This document shows, piece after piece, positions 28,197 to 37,408 of a DNA stretch of 64,000 nucleotides; the first letter of the stretch is position 1; each line of letters opens with the position of its first letter. This DNA comes from Candidatus Algichlamydia australiensis. GTDB lineage: Bacteria > Chlamydiota > Chlamydiia > Chlamydiales > JAJFMI01. The notes beneath the pieces were generated by a model. The model searched no databases and was not told the origin of the DNA. It worked only from the letters and a program-made list of their open reading frames with translations. The stretch is taken from positions 64,001 through 128,000 of the forward strand of contig JAXCHI010000004.1 of the NCBI GenBank assembly GCA_033977065.1. Direction: 5' to 3'. Made by a program: the position numbers and the translations under genes.

Positions 28197-28583
28197 TTGG
28201 CGATATACGATATCAAGCACCACACGCAGACAGAACAGGAAGAAAAACAGCAGCAGCCGGAAAAAAGTTGTTTTAAAGATCGACTCTTTTCCTCCATCGC
28301 CGCTCGTCTCTTTTTTCTCCTTCTTCTCGCTGGTGATATCGCTTGGGGCGCTCTTAGTATTGCCATGAGCCTGCTTTATCTTGCCAGCAATCTGCTCACC
28401 GGTTTCAAGTTTGCTTTTTTTAAAAAACGCCTAAAAAAATCCGCGCTCTCCGTACGAAGAGCGCTTGTCTGTTTTCTTGCCCTCCTTGTGGCAATCATCT
28501 CACCAGCCCTCGGCATCATGTTTGCCTGCAGCTACTTCCTCATGTTTGACAAAAAGGGCATCGAAGAAGTGGTGCCCGCCTAA
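28197..28583 (+). CDS. Hypothetical membrane protein
   Basis: Several hydrophobic helices; immediately downstream of sthA. Confidence 0.65.
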   Translation: MAIYDIKHHTQTEQEEKQQQPEKSCFKDRLFSSIAARLFFLLLLAGDIAWGALSIAMSLLYLASNLLTGFKFAFFKKRLKKSALSVRRALVCFLALLVAIISPALGIMFACSYFLMFDKKGIEEVVPA

Positions 28584-28615
28584 CTGCGCGAGCAATTCAC
28601 CGCCTTCCAAAAAAG

Positions 28616-29122
28616 TTAGCTTCCTTTTGCTTGTGAAGCTAAATTGTCAATAACTTGTGTAGCCATCTTTTGAATTTGTTGTTCCTTAGTTGTTCGTTCA
28701 TTTTCACCCTTAGGAAGAAGTTTTGCTACTTCTTTCATCAAAGCGATTTGCGTAGCAGAGTTCCTTTCTGCCTTCTTTATTTTTTTGGGAGTGAAAATTT
28801 TTAAGGGGTTCTTTCCTCTTTCAACTACAGCTGTGAGTGAGTTAAATAAAAGGTCGACTTTAGGGTTGAGACTATCAATAAGGGCTTCGGCATCCGTAAT
28901 AGCATCTTCTATTAGAGTAGGGGTTAGGGCAGGTTGGTCGTCTCTTCCATTTACGCGGTTTTCTAAACCTTTTGCTCTGGTATTTATTTCAGCGAAAATT
29001 CCCGCATTTTCACCGAGGAGGGGTAATTTTCGAATTCTACTCACAAGTTCATTGAGCCTGGTCATTTGAGCGTTATTTGACACTTGTGTCTTTCTTATGT
29101 TTGTTGCTCCTGTTGAAAACAT
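28616..29122 (-). CDS. Hypothetical protein
   Basis: 168-aa ORF with upstream gagg RBS; predicted helical. Confidence 0.6.
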   Translation of the reverse strand: MFSTGATNIRKTQVSNNAQMTRLNELVSRIRKLPLLGENAGIFAEINTRAKGLENRVNGRDDQPALTPTLIEDAITDAEALIDSLNPKVDLLFNSLTAVVERGKNPLKIFTPKKIKKAERNSATQIALMKEVAKLLPKGENERTTKEQQIQKMATQVIDNLASQAKGS

Positions 29123-29192
29123 ATTATTTACCTCATGTTTAATATATCTTAATAATAAATTTTATTTTATTAATAGTAAATAATATTTTAAG

Positions 29193-30419
29193 TTACTGGT
29201 TTTCAGTCTCTTGACGCGGGTCAAGGTTGGCAGATTGAAGAGAGGTTTGGGGAAGAGGAACGAAATGTTCCTCGGAGGGGACGTTGCGTTTACCCTTGGA
29301 GGAGCAGGAGAGGAGGAGTTGGAGGAGGGTGACAGAGCCCATAAAAAGGAAAAAGCCGGTATGGGGTAGCAGTTCCATAAAGAGGGGCACGAGGAGGGGA
29401 CCGAGGATACAGCCGGTACCAAACATGATGAGCATGACGCTGACGATGGTGGTGATGGAGGCTTCGGGGATGCGGTCGGCGGTGTAGCTGATCGAGAGGG
29501 GGTAGAGGGTAAACATGATGCCGCCGAAGAGTACCATGAGAGAGAGGAAGGTGGGGAAAGTAAAGTGGTGGGCAAAGCAGAGGACGGTGCAGACGGCGAT
29601 AAGGGAGAGGCAGACAAGGTTCATGATTTTGCGACGGTCAAAGATATCAGAGAGGGCGCCGATGGGCCATTGGAGGGTCAAGCCACCGAGGATGGTGAGG
29701 CCCATGGTAAGAGAGATTTGAAAGAGGGTGAGGTCGTTCTCTTTGGCATAGACAGGTCCGAGACCATAGAAGGAGCTGATCATCATGCCGGCGATGATGG
29801 AACCAATAAATCCGATAGGTGCCCGCCTGGCTATGGTGCGAAGAGGCACAATTTGAGGGTGGTGCATTTCAGGAGATTCGTGAGGTGAGGTGCAGAGAGG
29901 AAGGATGGCAAGAGAGCAGAAGATGGCTGATAGGCCGAAGGGCATGAAGCTTGTGAGGTCTGTAAAATTGAGGAGAAATTGTCCGGAGCCTTGGGCAAGG
30001 TAGAGGCTAAACATGTAGAGGGAGAGCGCCCGGCCACGGCTGTTGGAGGAGGAGATAAGAAGGAGCCAGCTCTCGACGATAATAAAGTAGCCAGAAGCGC
30101 ACATGCCAACAAGAAAACGAAAGGCGATGTATTTGATCAGGCCCTGCGAGAGGCCCTGCATCATGATAACGGAGGCGTTGATGGAGGAAAAGAGGGCAAA
30201 AGAGCGGATATGGCCAATGCGGTGAATCACTTTTTCCATCATGAGTGAACCGATTAAAATTCCCGTGTAGTAGGAGGAGTGGAGGATGCCGATTAACCAG
30301 TCTGGTGTTCCCTCTTTTGCAATGTGAAGGCTGAAAAAAGTCGTGAAGAAACTATTGCCAATCATCACAATGGCAAGACTAATAAGAGGCGGAAGTGCGG
30401 ACTTCGCAATAGATTTCAC
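29193..30419 (-). CDS. MFS transporter (YcaD-like)
   Basis: RIGHIRSF, IVESWL, RGRALSLY, LQWPIGALSDIFDRR; ~12 hydrophobic segments. Confidence 0.9.
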   Translation of the reverse strand: MKSIAKSALPPLISLAIVMIGNSFFTTFFSLHIAKEGTPDWLIGILHSSYYTGILIGSLMMEKVIHRIGHIRSFALFSSINASVIMMQGLSQGLIKYIAFRFLVGMCASGYFIIVESWLLLISSSNSRGRALSLYMFSLYLAQGSGQFLLNFTDLTSFMPFGLSAIFCSLAILPLCTSPHESPEMHHPQIVPLRTIARRAPIGFIGSIIAGMMISSFYGLGPVYAKENDLTLFQISLTMGLTILGGLTLQWPIGALSDIFDRRKIMNLVCLSLIAVCTVLCFAHHFTFPTFLSLMVLFGGIMFTLYPLSISYTADRIPEASITTIVSVMLIMFGTGCILGPLLVPLFMELLPHTGFFLFMGSVTLLQLLLSCSSKGKRNVPSEEHFVPLPQTSLQSANLDPRQETENQ

Positions 30420-30474
30420 AATTAACTATATATTCTTTTATTAATATCTAATTATACGAGTAATTAAAATGATA

Positions 30475-33051
30475 TTATTTTGCACGTAAAATAATAGAAT
30501 TATTTTCTAAAACAAGCTCTATAGTTTCACCTGCTTTAGTCGTCTCATCAAGAATAGCAGATGCGAGAGTGTTGGTCACCTCTTTTTGAATGAGGCGTTT
30601 TAGAGGACGTGCACCAAATATGGGGTCGTATCCAGTTTTAGCGAGATAGGTAACGACATGTGGGTCCCAGGTAAGGCTAATATTGCGCTCGAGCGCACGT
30701 TCTTGTACTTTTTTTAATTGAATGAGGACAATCCTCTCCATCTCACGCTCTTGTAGAGGGAGAAAGGGGAGAATTTCATCTAGGCGGTTGATGAACTCAG
30801 GACGAAAGTGGCTCTTGACTGTGGGTTCGACAACTTCTAAAACTTCTTCTTTTGCCCACTCATTAGGGTGCGAGCTGAGTTTTTCCAGCAGTTGTTCAGA
30901 GCCGAGGTTTGAGGTCATGATGAAGAGCGCATTTTTTGCATTGACTGTGCGGCCCTTGCTATCGGTAATGCGTCCATCATCAAAGAGCTGAAGCAAAATA
31001 TTGAATATGTCCGGGTGCGCCTTTTCAACTTCATCTAAAAGGACAACTGAATAGGGGCGGCGGCGCAAGCTTTCAGTAAGTTGACCTCCCTCATCGTAGC
31101 CTACATATCCGGGAGGAGAACCAATTAGTTTTGCAACAGTGTGGCGCTCCATATATTCGGACATATCGAGACGTACCATCGCCTCTTCTTGCGAAAAGAG
31201 CTGGCTTGCTAGCGCTTTGGCAAGTTCGGTTTTCCCAACGCCTGTGGGCCCTACAAAGAGAAAGACGCCCAAGGGACGTGTGGGATCGCTTAAGCCTGCG
31301 CGCGAGCGACGGATCGCTTCACTCACAGCTTGTATAGCAAAGGGCTGTCCGATCACGCGATCAGAGAGGCGCTCTTCTAAGTGAAGGAGCTTTTCCTTCT
31401 CTGTTTCGACCATGTTTTGCACAGGAATACCGGTCCATTTGGCCACAATTTGTGCAATGAGGGGTTCATCCACTTCTTCTTGCAAAAGGCGATCGGGTAG
31501 AGAAGAGAGGCGCCCTTGTGCCTCTTCAATAGCGCGCTCCATTTGAGGAATACGTGAATAGCGCAGCTCTGCAACGCGATTATAATCGAGGCTACGATTA
31601 GCTTCCTCTTCTTGGTGGCGCAGCTGTTCCAGAGAGTTTTTCTTCTCTTTTACGTCAGAAATGAGTCTCTTCTCCTGATTCCAGCGCTCTTTTAGCACGT
31701 CGAGCTCTTCTTTAAGGTGGGCAATCTCTTTAGCACTCTTCTCATCTTCGCGGCCCTCTTTTTTCAGCCGCTCCTGCTTTACAATCAAGCTTGCAAGTTC
31801 ACGCTCTTTAATATCGATCGGCAGAGGTCGTGAACCAATCTGTATGCGAATTAAGCTAGCTGCTTCATCTATCAAGTCGATCGCTTTATCAGGAAGTCGG
31901 CGATCACTGATATAGCGATGGGAGAGAAGCACAGCGCTATATAGGGCATCTTCAGTGATTTGGACGCCATGATAGATCTCATAGCGCTCTTTCAGTCCAC
32001 GCAAAATCGCGACGGCATCTTCTAAACTTGGTTCGGCTACTGTGACCGGCTGAAAACGGCGCTCGAGCGCGGCATCGCGCTCAATGTATTTTTGGTACTC
32101 GCTGAGTGTTGTGGCACCAACACAGTGAAGTGAACCGCGCGATAGAGCAGGCTTAAGCAGGTTCGCAGCATCCATTGCACCTTCTGTTGCACCTGCACCA
32201 ACCAGCGTATGAATCTCATCAATAAAAAGAAGGATCTGCCCCTCTGCGCGCTCAATTTCTTGTAAAATGGATTTAAGACGCTCTTCAAATTCCCCACGAA
32301 ATTTTGTTCCCGCAATTAAGGCGCCCATATCAAGCGCAACAAGCTGTTTATTTTTGAGAGCATCAGGGATGTCGCCGCTGACAATGCGCAGAGCCAAGCC
32401 CTCAGCAATTGCAGTCTTTCCAACTCCAGGATCACCGATTAGGAGGGGGTTGTTTTTTGTGCGACGAGATAAGACTTGCATCGTGCGACGAATCTCTTCA
32501 TGGCGTCCAATAACAGGGTCGAGCTTTCCCGATTTAGCAAGTTCGGTAAGATCGCGGCAGTATTTCTTGAGAGCTTGCATGTTCCCCTCAGCGGAAGGGG
32601 AGCCAACGGCTTTGCCACCACGCATTTCTTTAACTTTCTCTTCAATTTGCGAAAGAGGGGCACCAGATTTTTTCACCAGACTGGCAAAAGGTTCACCGCC
32701 CTGCTGCCAAAAGAGATAGAAGAGATGGTCAGAGCTAATATAGCGATCGCCCCACTTTTGGCAGAGTGCTTGCGCAGCACTGATCATCTTTTGTAATTTT
32801 GGGTTAATGTTGGGCTGGTCAGGAGTTCCACTAAAGGTTGGAAGCTTGCTTAAACTCTTATCAACTTGCTTTAAGAGTCCCGTGCTATCGAGCTGCAAAC
32901 TCGAGAAAAGAGTCGTGAAATATCCACTGGGATCTTGCAGTAGCGCGTGTAAAAGATGATTTTCTGTTACCTCAACGTGAGAGCGTGCGTGCGCTTCTGA
33001 AAATGCTGCCTCTAGGGCGGCTTGAGTAGCTTCTGTAAACTCTGGTTGCAT
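30475..33051 (-). CDS. clpB: ATP-dependent chaperone ClpB
   Basis: Clp N-domain, two AAA modules (GDPGVGKT, GPTGVGKT), coiled-coil middle domain, GYVGYDEGG. Confidence 0.96.
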   Translation of the reverse strand: MQPEFTEATQAALEAAFSEAHARSHVEVTENHLLHALLQDPSGYFTTLFSSLQLDSTGLLKQVDKSLSKLPTFSGTPDQPNINPKLQKMISAAQALCQKWGDRYISSDHLFYLFWQQGGEPFASLVKKSGAPLSQIEEKVKEMRGGKAVGSPSAEGNMQALKKYCRDLTELAKSGKLDPVIGRHEEIRRTMQVLSRRTKNNPLLIGDPGVGKTAIAEGLALRIVSGDIPDALKNKQLVALDMGALIAGTKFRGEFEERLKSILQEIERAEGQILLFIDEIHTLVGAGATEGAMDAANLLKPALSRGSLHCVGATTLSEYQKYIERDAALERRFQPVTVAEPSLEDAVAILRGLKERYEIYHGVQITEDALYSAVLLSHRYISDRRLPDKAIDLIDEAASLIRIQIGSRPLPIDIKERELASLIVKQERLKKEGREDEKSAKEIAHLKEELDVLKERWNQEKRLISDVKEKKNSLEQLRHQEEEANRSLDYNRVAELRYSRIPQMERAIEEAQGRLSSLPDRLLQEEVDEPLIAQIVAKWTGIPVQNMVETEKEKLLHLEERLSDRVIGQPFAIQAVSEAIRRSRAGLSDPTRPLGVFLFVGPTGVGKTELAKALASQLFSQEEAMVRLDMSEYMERHTVAKLIGSPPGYVGYDEGGQLTESLRRRPYSVVLLDEVEKAHPDIFNILLQLFDDGRITDSKGRTVNAKNALFIMTSNLGSEQLLEKLSSHPNEWAKEEVLEVVEPTVKSHFRPEFINRLDEILPFLPLQEREMERIVLIQLKKVQERALERNISLTWDPHVVTYLAKTGYDPIFGARPLKRLIQKEVTNTLASAILDETTKAGETIELVLENNSIILRAK

Positions 33052-33087
33052 GCATCCATTTTAAAAAATGCATCGCAATTTAGCAAG

Positions 33088-33492
33088 CTATTTTACTTCA
33101 TCAATTGAAGCTAAACGTCTTGCACTGACTGAGGAATACGTTGCGCGATTTGTAAGAAGGCAGGGGTAGTCAGGATGTGAACTTTTGGAGATGTCGATCG
33201 TTGCAGGAGTAAGCCAAGCACTTGTGATTCCAATATCTGCAGGGTTGATTTTCCAAACAGAATCGTCAGAGAGTTGTAAATATTTTCCGTCTCTCATATT
33301 CAAGCTGATGTTGAGCGTTTCTCCTTCTCGCAGCTTTGGGTTTGTGCAATTTTGCTCTACCATAGGCTCTTCCTTTTTAGGTTGAGGTTTTGGTGCAGCT
33401 TTTACGGGGGCGGGTTTACTTGTGCAGGCAACAAAGAGACCTGCGGATAGAATTAAAAATTTTGCTCGTGACATAATAAATTTATTTATCAA
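33088..33492 (-). CDS. Hypothetical lipoprotein
   Basis: Lipobox-like FVAC followed by a Pro/Lys linker and a small domain. Confidence 0.65.
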   Translation of the reverse strand: MINKFIMSRAKFLILSAGLFVACTSKPAPVKAAPKPQPKKEEPMVEQNCTNPKLREGETLNISLNMRDGKYLQLSDDSVWKINPADIGITSAWLTPATIDISKSSHPDYPCLLTNRATYSSVSARRLASIDEVK

Positions 33493-33510
33493 ATATAGGA
33501 AATTGAAACA

Positions 33511-34434
33511 ATGACAATTTTATTTGCTATACTTGCGATCGTTTTGGGGACTCTTCTTCTGCACTTTGGAGGAGAAAAACTCCTGCACTCTTCCATTGCT
33601 GTAGCGCGTGGTCTTGGTCTTTCCAATCTTGTTATTGGAATTTTTGTTGTTGCCGTCGCCACCTCTATGCCAGAAGTGCTCACAAGTGTCATCGCACAAT
33701 TTAAGGGGATGCCAGGCGATATTGCAATGGGAAACGTACTCGGGTCAAATATTGCGAATATTGCTGTTGTGCTTGGGGTCTCTCTTCTAATCTCACCATG
33801 TAAACTTACAAAAGAGATCCGCTTTCGTGAAATGGCATTTATGACAGGTGCGCTTTTTCTTATTCTAGCCATTATGTGGATTGGGCCGATAACCTTTCGT
33901 CGCTCACTTCTTCTCTTTGCTGCTCTTATTGGTTACCTCGCCTTTCACGTAATTAAGGCAAAAAAAGAGCGCAAACCGCGCTGCCGGAAAACGCAATATC
34001 TTAAAGAGAGTCTTCTCATCCTCATCGCCACAGTGCTCCTCTTTCTTGGTGCGCGTTTTCTGCTCTATGGTGCTGTAGAAATTGCTACCTGGTTTGGGAT
34101 CTCTGCACGTGTGATCTCCCTTACCCTGATTGCTATCGGCACTTCTCTACCGGAGCTGGCCACAGCAATTGCTGCCGCAAGGCGGAATGAAGAAGAAGTC
34201 GTTCTTGGCAACGTTATAGGAAGTAATATCTTTAATCCTTTGCTGATCCTGCCAGCGGCAGCCCTCGTCCACCCCATTGTATTTTCAAAAGAAATGTTTG
34301 TGCAAGACGCGCCCCTTGTCCTTGTCTTTACCTTGCTCCTCTGGGGAATGCTCGCTCTCTCAAAAAAGCTGACCCGTTACCACGGGATGGCCTTGCTTTT
34401 GGCCTATTTTCTCTATATTCTATACCTATATTGA
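33511..34434 (+). CDS. Calcium/sodium antiporter (YrbG family)
   Basis: Alpha repeats ATSMPE...GNVLGSNIAN and GTSLPE...GNVIGSNIFN. Confidence 0.93.
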   Translation: MTILFAILAIVLGTLLLHFGGEKLLHSSIAVARGLGLSNLVIGIFVVAVATSMPEVLTSVIAQFKGMPGDIAMGNVLGSNIANIAVVLGVSLLISPCKLTKEIRFREMAFMTGALFLILAIMWIGPITFRRSLLLFAALIGYLAFHVIKAKKERKPRCRKTQYLKESLLILIATVLLFLGARFLLYGAVEIATWFGISARVISLTLIAIGTSLPELATAIAAARRNEEEVVLGNVIGSNIFNPLLILPAAALVHPIVFSKEMFVQDAPLVLVFTLLLWGMLALSKKLTRYHGMALLLAYFLYILYLY

Positions 34435-35642
34435 CTAGTAAACATTTAGGTTATAGCGGGAAATTGACCCGCACCGCACTTCTCTGGATGAAGCTCACTA
34501 GTGAACCCTTGGTAGCGCTCTATACCCTCTTGCCCTTTATCTTAAGAAAAGATTTACATGCATCGGCTATCCAAATTTCTCTATTCACCTCCCTAAAACC
34601 AGTCCTTGCGGTCCTTGCCTACTATTTAAGCGCGTATCATGCAAAAAATGGAAAGAGTGTCTATCAAAATTTAATGCATACTTGGGTGCTTGCTTACTTG
34701 CCCTTTTTACTTTTCCCTTGGTTGGGAAATTACGCCTACCTCCTTCTTGCTGCCAGCTGCTACCAACTCTTCAGTAAAGCGGTCACCCCACCATTAATGG
34801 AAATTTTGAAACAAAACATTCCAAAAACTGCCCGTGAGAGCATTTTTTCTAAAAGTTTTATGTTTTGTTTTGTGGAAAGCGCGTTGTTGGGGCTCTTCAT
34901 TGGAAAGATTCTCGATTGGAATGGGGGCTCTTGGCAAGTTCTCTTTTCTATTTCATCTCTCATTGCACTCAGCAGTTATCATATCCAAAGAAAAATCCCC
35001 AAAACAAGCGCGTCCTTATCCATCAAGTTCAAGCATAAAAACCCTCTCCTTGACCCCCTTAAAGAGAGTTTAGTATTGATGAAGCAGGATCGCGACTTCA
35101 AGCACTTTCAAATGGGGTTTATGATTGGAGGAAGTGCTTTGATGTTTATTACACCAGCACTTCCGATCTACTACGCGGATGTTCTTCTTCTCTCACATGG
35201 AGAAGTATCGCAAGCGCGTTTTATCCTAATGGCCTTTGGAGTCTTGATCTCTTCTACAATTTGGAAAAACTTTTTGCACAATAGCTCTATCAATAAATTG
35301 ATGCCCTGGATCACCATCGGTTTTGGTCTCTACCCGCTCTGCGTGCTTTTTTCCAACGTAAATGTGGCCTTTTTTATCTACGGCATTGCGCAAGCGGGCA
35401 GTCATCTTATCTGGCATCTTTCGGGAACGATCTTCTCTAAAGATGGCGATAGCACACCTTACACAGCTGTAAATATTCTTTCACAAGGTTTGCGCGGTTT
35501 GATAGTTCCCTTCCTTGGCGGTGTTGCCTGCACCTTTTTTGGTCCTGTTCCTGTCATGATTGTGGGATCGCTCACAAGCTTTATTGGTGCCTATGTGATG
35601 TACCGGAGCGCTTATCTATCTAATCCTGAACAGGTATATTAA
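34431..35642 (+). CDS. MFS transporter
   Basis: ~12 hydrophobic segments; overlaps the stop codon of the antiporter gene. Confidence 0.78.
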   Translation: MTSKHLGYSGKLTRTALLWMKLTSEPLVALYTLLPFILRKDLHASAIQISLFTSLKPVLAVLAYYLSAYHAKNGKSVYQNLMHTWVLAYLPFLLFPWLGNYAYLLLAASCYQLFSKAVTPPLMEILKQNIPKTARESIFSKSFMFCFVESALLGLFIGKILDWNGGSWQVLFSISSLIALSSYHIQRKIPKTSASLSIKFKHKNPLLDPLKESLVLMKQDRDFKHFQMGFMIGGSALMFITPALPIYYADVLLLSHGEVSQARFILMAFGVLISSTIWKNFLHNSSINKLMPWITIGFGLYPLCVLFSNVNVAFFIYGIAQAGSHLIWHLSGTIFSKDGDSTPYTAVNILSQGLRGLIVPFLGGVACTFFGPVPVMIVGSLTSFIGAYVMYRSAYLSNPEQVY

Positions 35643-35719
35643 AATCACCAAAAACATTGAAACTGAACGTTTTTAGAACTCTTAGTGTACTTGTTTTTGC
35701 TTATGGGGTATATTGAATT

Positions 35720-35752
35720 TGTAATTTATATCAAAATATGATATAAATTACA
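35720..35752. promoter_or_regulatory. Perfect 14-bp inverted repeat, likely AbiEi autorepression operator
   Basis: tgtaatttatatca-aaata-tgatataaattaca, ending 2 nt before the antitoxin ATG. Confidence 0.75.
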
Positions 35753-35754
35753 GT

Positions 35755-36570
35755 ATGAATGTACCCAACAGAAGCCTATTAGGAATAGGAAAGCAATCTC
35801 GTAGATATCTGCAAAGAGTACTTGCTGTAAATGAAGGGGTTATTACTCCCAAAAGAGTCGCAGAAATATTAAATATTAAGATTTCGCGTGCAAACGTACT
35901 CCTTTCTTACTGGACATCTCGTGGGTGGCTACAGAGAATCCGTCAAGGCGCATATGTAGAGGTTTCACTGAGAGGAGCCTCAACAGATCGAGCGTTGGAA
36001 GATCCTTGGGTTATTGCAGAGCAACTTTTTTCACCTTGTTTTATCACAGGCTTAACAGCTGCTCAATATTGGGATTTTACGGAACAAATTGTTGAAGTTG
36101 TAACGGTTTTTACTGAAATACCCATACGTCACAGAAAACAAGAAATAGGGAAAGTGCGTTTTGTTTTTAAGCAAACTTCTCAAGAGAAAAGATTTGGATT
36201 AAAAAAGATTTGGCGTGATAATATTCCGGTATATTTTGCAGATCCATCTCGAACATTAGTAGATCTGTTAGCAGATCCAGCACTTGGAGGAGGAATTGTG
36301 AGTGTAGAGGAAATTCTATTAGAATATTGGAGGAGCGATCATTTGAACCGTGATCTTCTCCTAAATTATGTAAAAAAATACAACAATAAAACAATATTCA
36401 AGCGCCTTGGTTTTTTACTTGAAAAAAATCAATTTGAAGAAGAAAATTTTTTGAAGACATGTCGTGAAAACATAAGCAAGGGATATTCTCAGCTCGATCC
36501 GTCGATAAAAGGAAGCCGACTATCAAAAAGGTGGGGCCTGTGGTACCCGGAAAAATATAATATAAAATGA
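35755..36570 (+). CDS. Type IV toxin-antitoxin antitoxin (AbiEi family, N-terminal wHTH)
   Basis: GWLQRIRQGAY, ITGLTAAQYWDFTEQ, SRTLVDL, KRLGFLLE, RWGL; directly upstream of a nucleotidyltransferase toxin. Confidence 0.88.
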   Translation: MNVPNRSLLGIGKQSRRYLQRVLAVNEGVITPKRVAEILNIKISRANVLLSYWTSRGWLQRIRQGAYVEVSLRGASTDRALEDPWVIAEQLFSPCFITGLTAAQYWDFTEQIVEVVTVFTEIPIRHRKQEIGKVRFVFKQTSQEKRFGLKKIWRDNIPVYFADPSRTLVDLLADPALGGGIVSVEEILLEYWRSDHLNRDLLLNYVKKYNNKTIFKRLGFLLEKNQFEEENFLKTCRENISKGYSQLDPSIKGSRLSKRWGLWYPEKYNIK

Positions 36571-36571
36571 A

Positions 36572-37408
36572 ATGATTTTAAAAGAAGAGATTTTGGTGCA
36601 GGCTGATGAGCACAATCTTTTTCCTACTACCATTGAAAAAGATTATGTCCTCAGTTGGGTATTATGGGGTATTTTTCTACATCCGTTGCTTTCTTCAAAA
36701 CTTGTTTTCAAGGGCGGAACTTGTTTAAAAAAATGTTTTTTTGGCTCATATAGATTTTCGGAAGATCTTGACTTTACTCTTACAAAGCCCACAACACTGA
36801 TCGAGTTAGAAAAAAGCTTTCAAGAGGTTTGTGAATGGGTTCAAGAGAACTCACGGATTATGTTTTTTCAGAAAAAGCAAAAATTTGAGGAATACAAAAC
36901 ACCTCGTGGTAACTTAGCATTTCAGGGGAGACTGCGTTATCAAGGGCCATTAAAACATAAAACAAGTTTCCCTAAAATCAAACTTGATATTACTGCTCAT
37001 GAAATTCTTGTTGAGAAACCTTCTTTGTGTAAAGTCCTTCATCATTATTCCGATAGCTGCAAAGAAGAGGTGCAAATTGCTACCTATTCATTTGAAGAAG
37101 TTTTTGCGGAAAAAATCCGAGCGCTCATTCAAAGGTCGCGCCCACGCGATCTCTATGATGTTATCCACTTAAATAATCAACAAATACATGCTTATAATAA
37201 AGCTTTGGTGCGTGATATTTTGCTGAAAAAATGTAATTTTGCAAAAGTTCCTTACCCAGAAATAGAAAAGCTACTAAACAGACAAAATAAAGAATTTGTG
37301 GCGACGGGCTGGAGCAACATGTTAGCGCATCAGATTTCTGGACTTGAGCCTGTGGAGCATTATTGGAAGCAGCTTCCTGAGGTATTTTCTTGGATCCAGC
37401 AGGTTTAA
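36572..37408 (+). CDS. AbiEii-family nucleotidyltransferase toxin
   Basis: IEKDY, FKGGTCL, YRFSEDLDF, EVFAEKIRAL..R.RPRDLYD. Confidence 0.93.
   Translation: MILKEEILVQADEHNLFPTTIEKDYVLSWVLWGIFLHPLLSSKLVFKGGTCLKKCFFGSYRFSEDLDFTLTKPTTLIELEKSFQEVCEWVQENSRIMFFQKKQKFEEYKTPRGNLAFQGRLRYQGPLKHKTSFPKIKLDITAHEILVEKPSLCKVLHHYSDSCKEEVQIATYSFEEVFAEKIRALIQRSRPRDLYDVIHLNNQQIHAYNKALVRDILLKKCNFAKVPYPEIEKLLNRQNKEFVATGWSNMLAHQISGLEPVEHYWKQLPEVFSWIQQV

Noticed and set aside
29162..29617. Ser/Pro-rich 151-aa ORF
   Set aside because: Alternative frame of the C/T-rich MFS transporter gene; a compositional artefact
30475..33051. Calling the Clp ATPase ClpV/TssH
   Set aside because: It has a ClpB-type coiled-coil middle domain and canonical ClpB motifs, and sits among housekeeping genes
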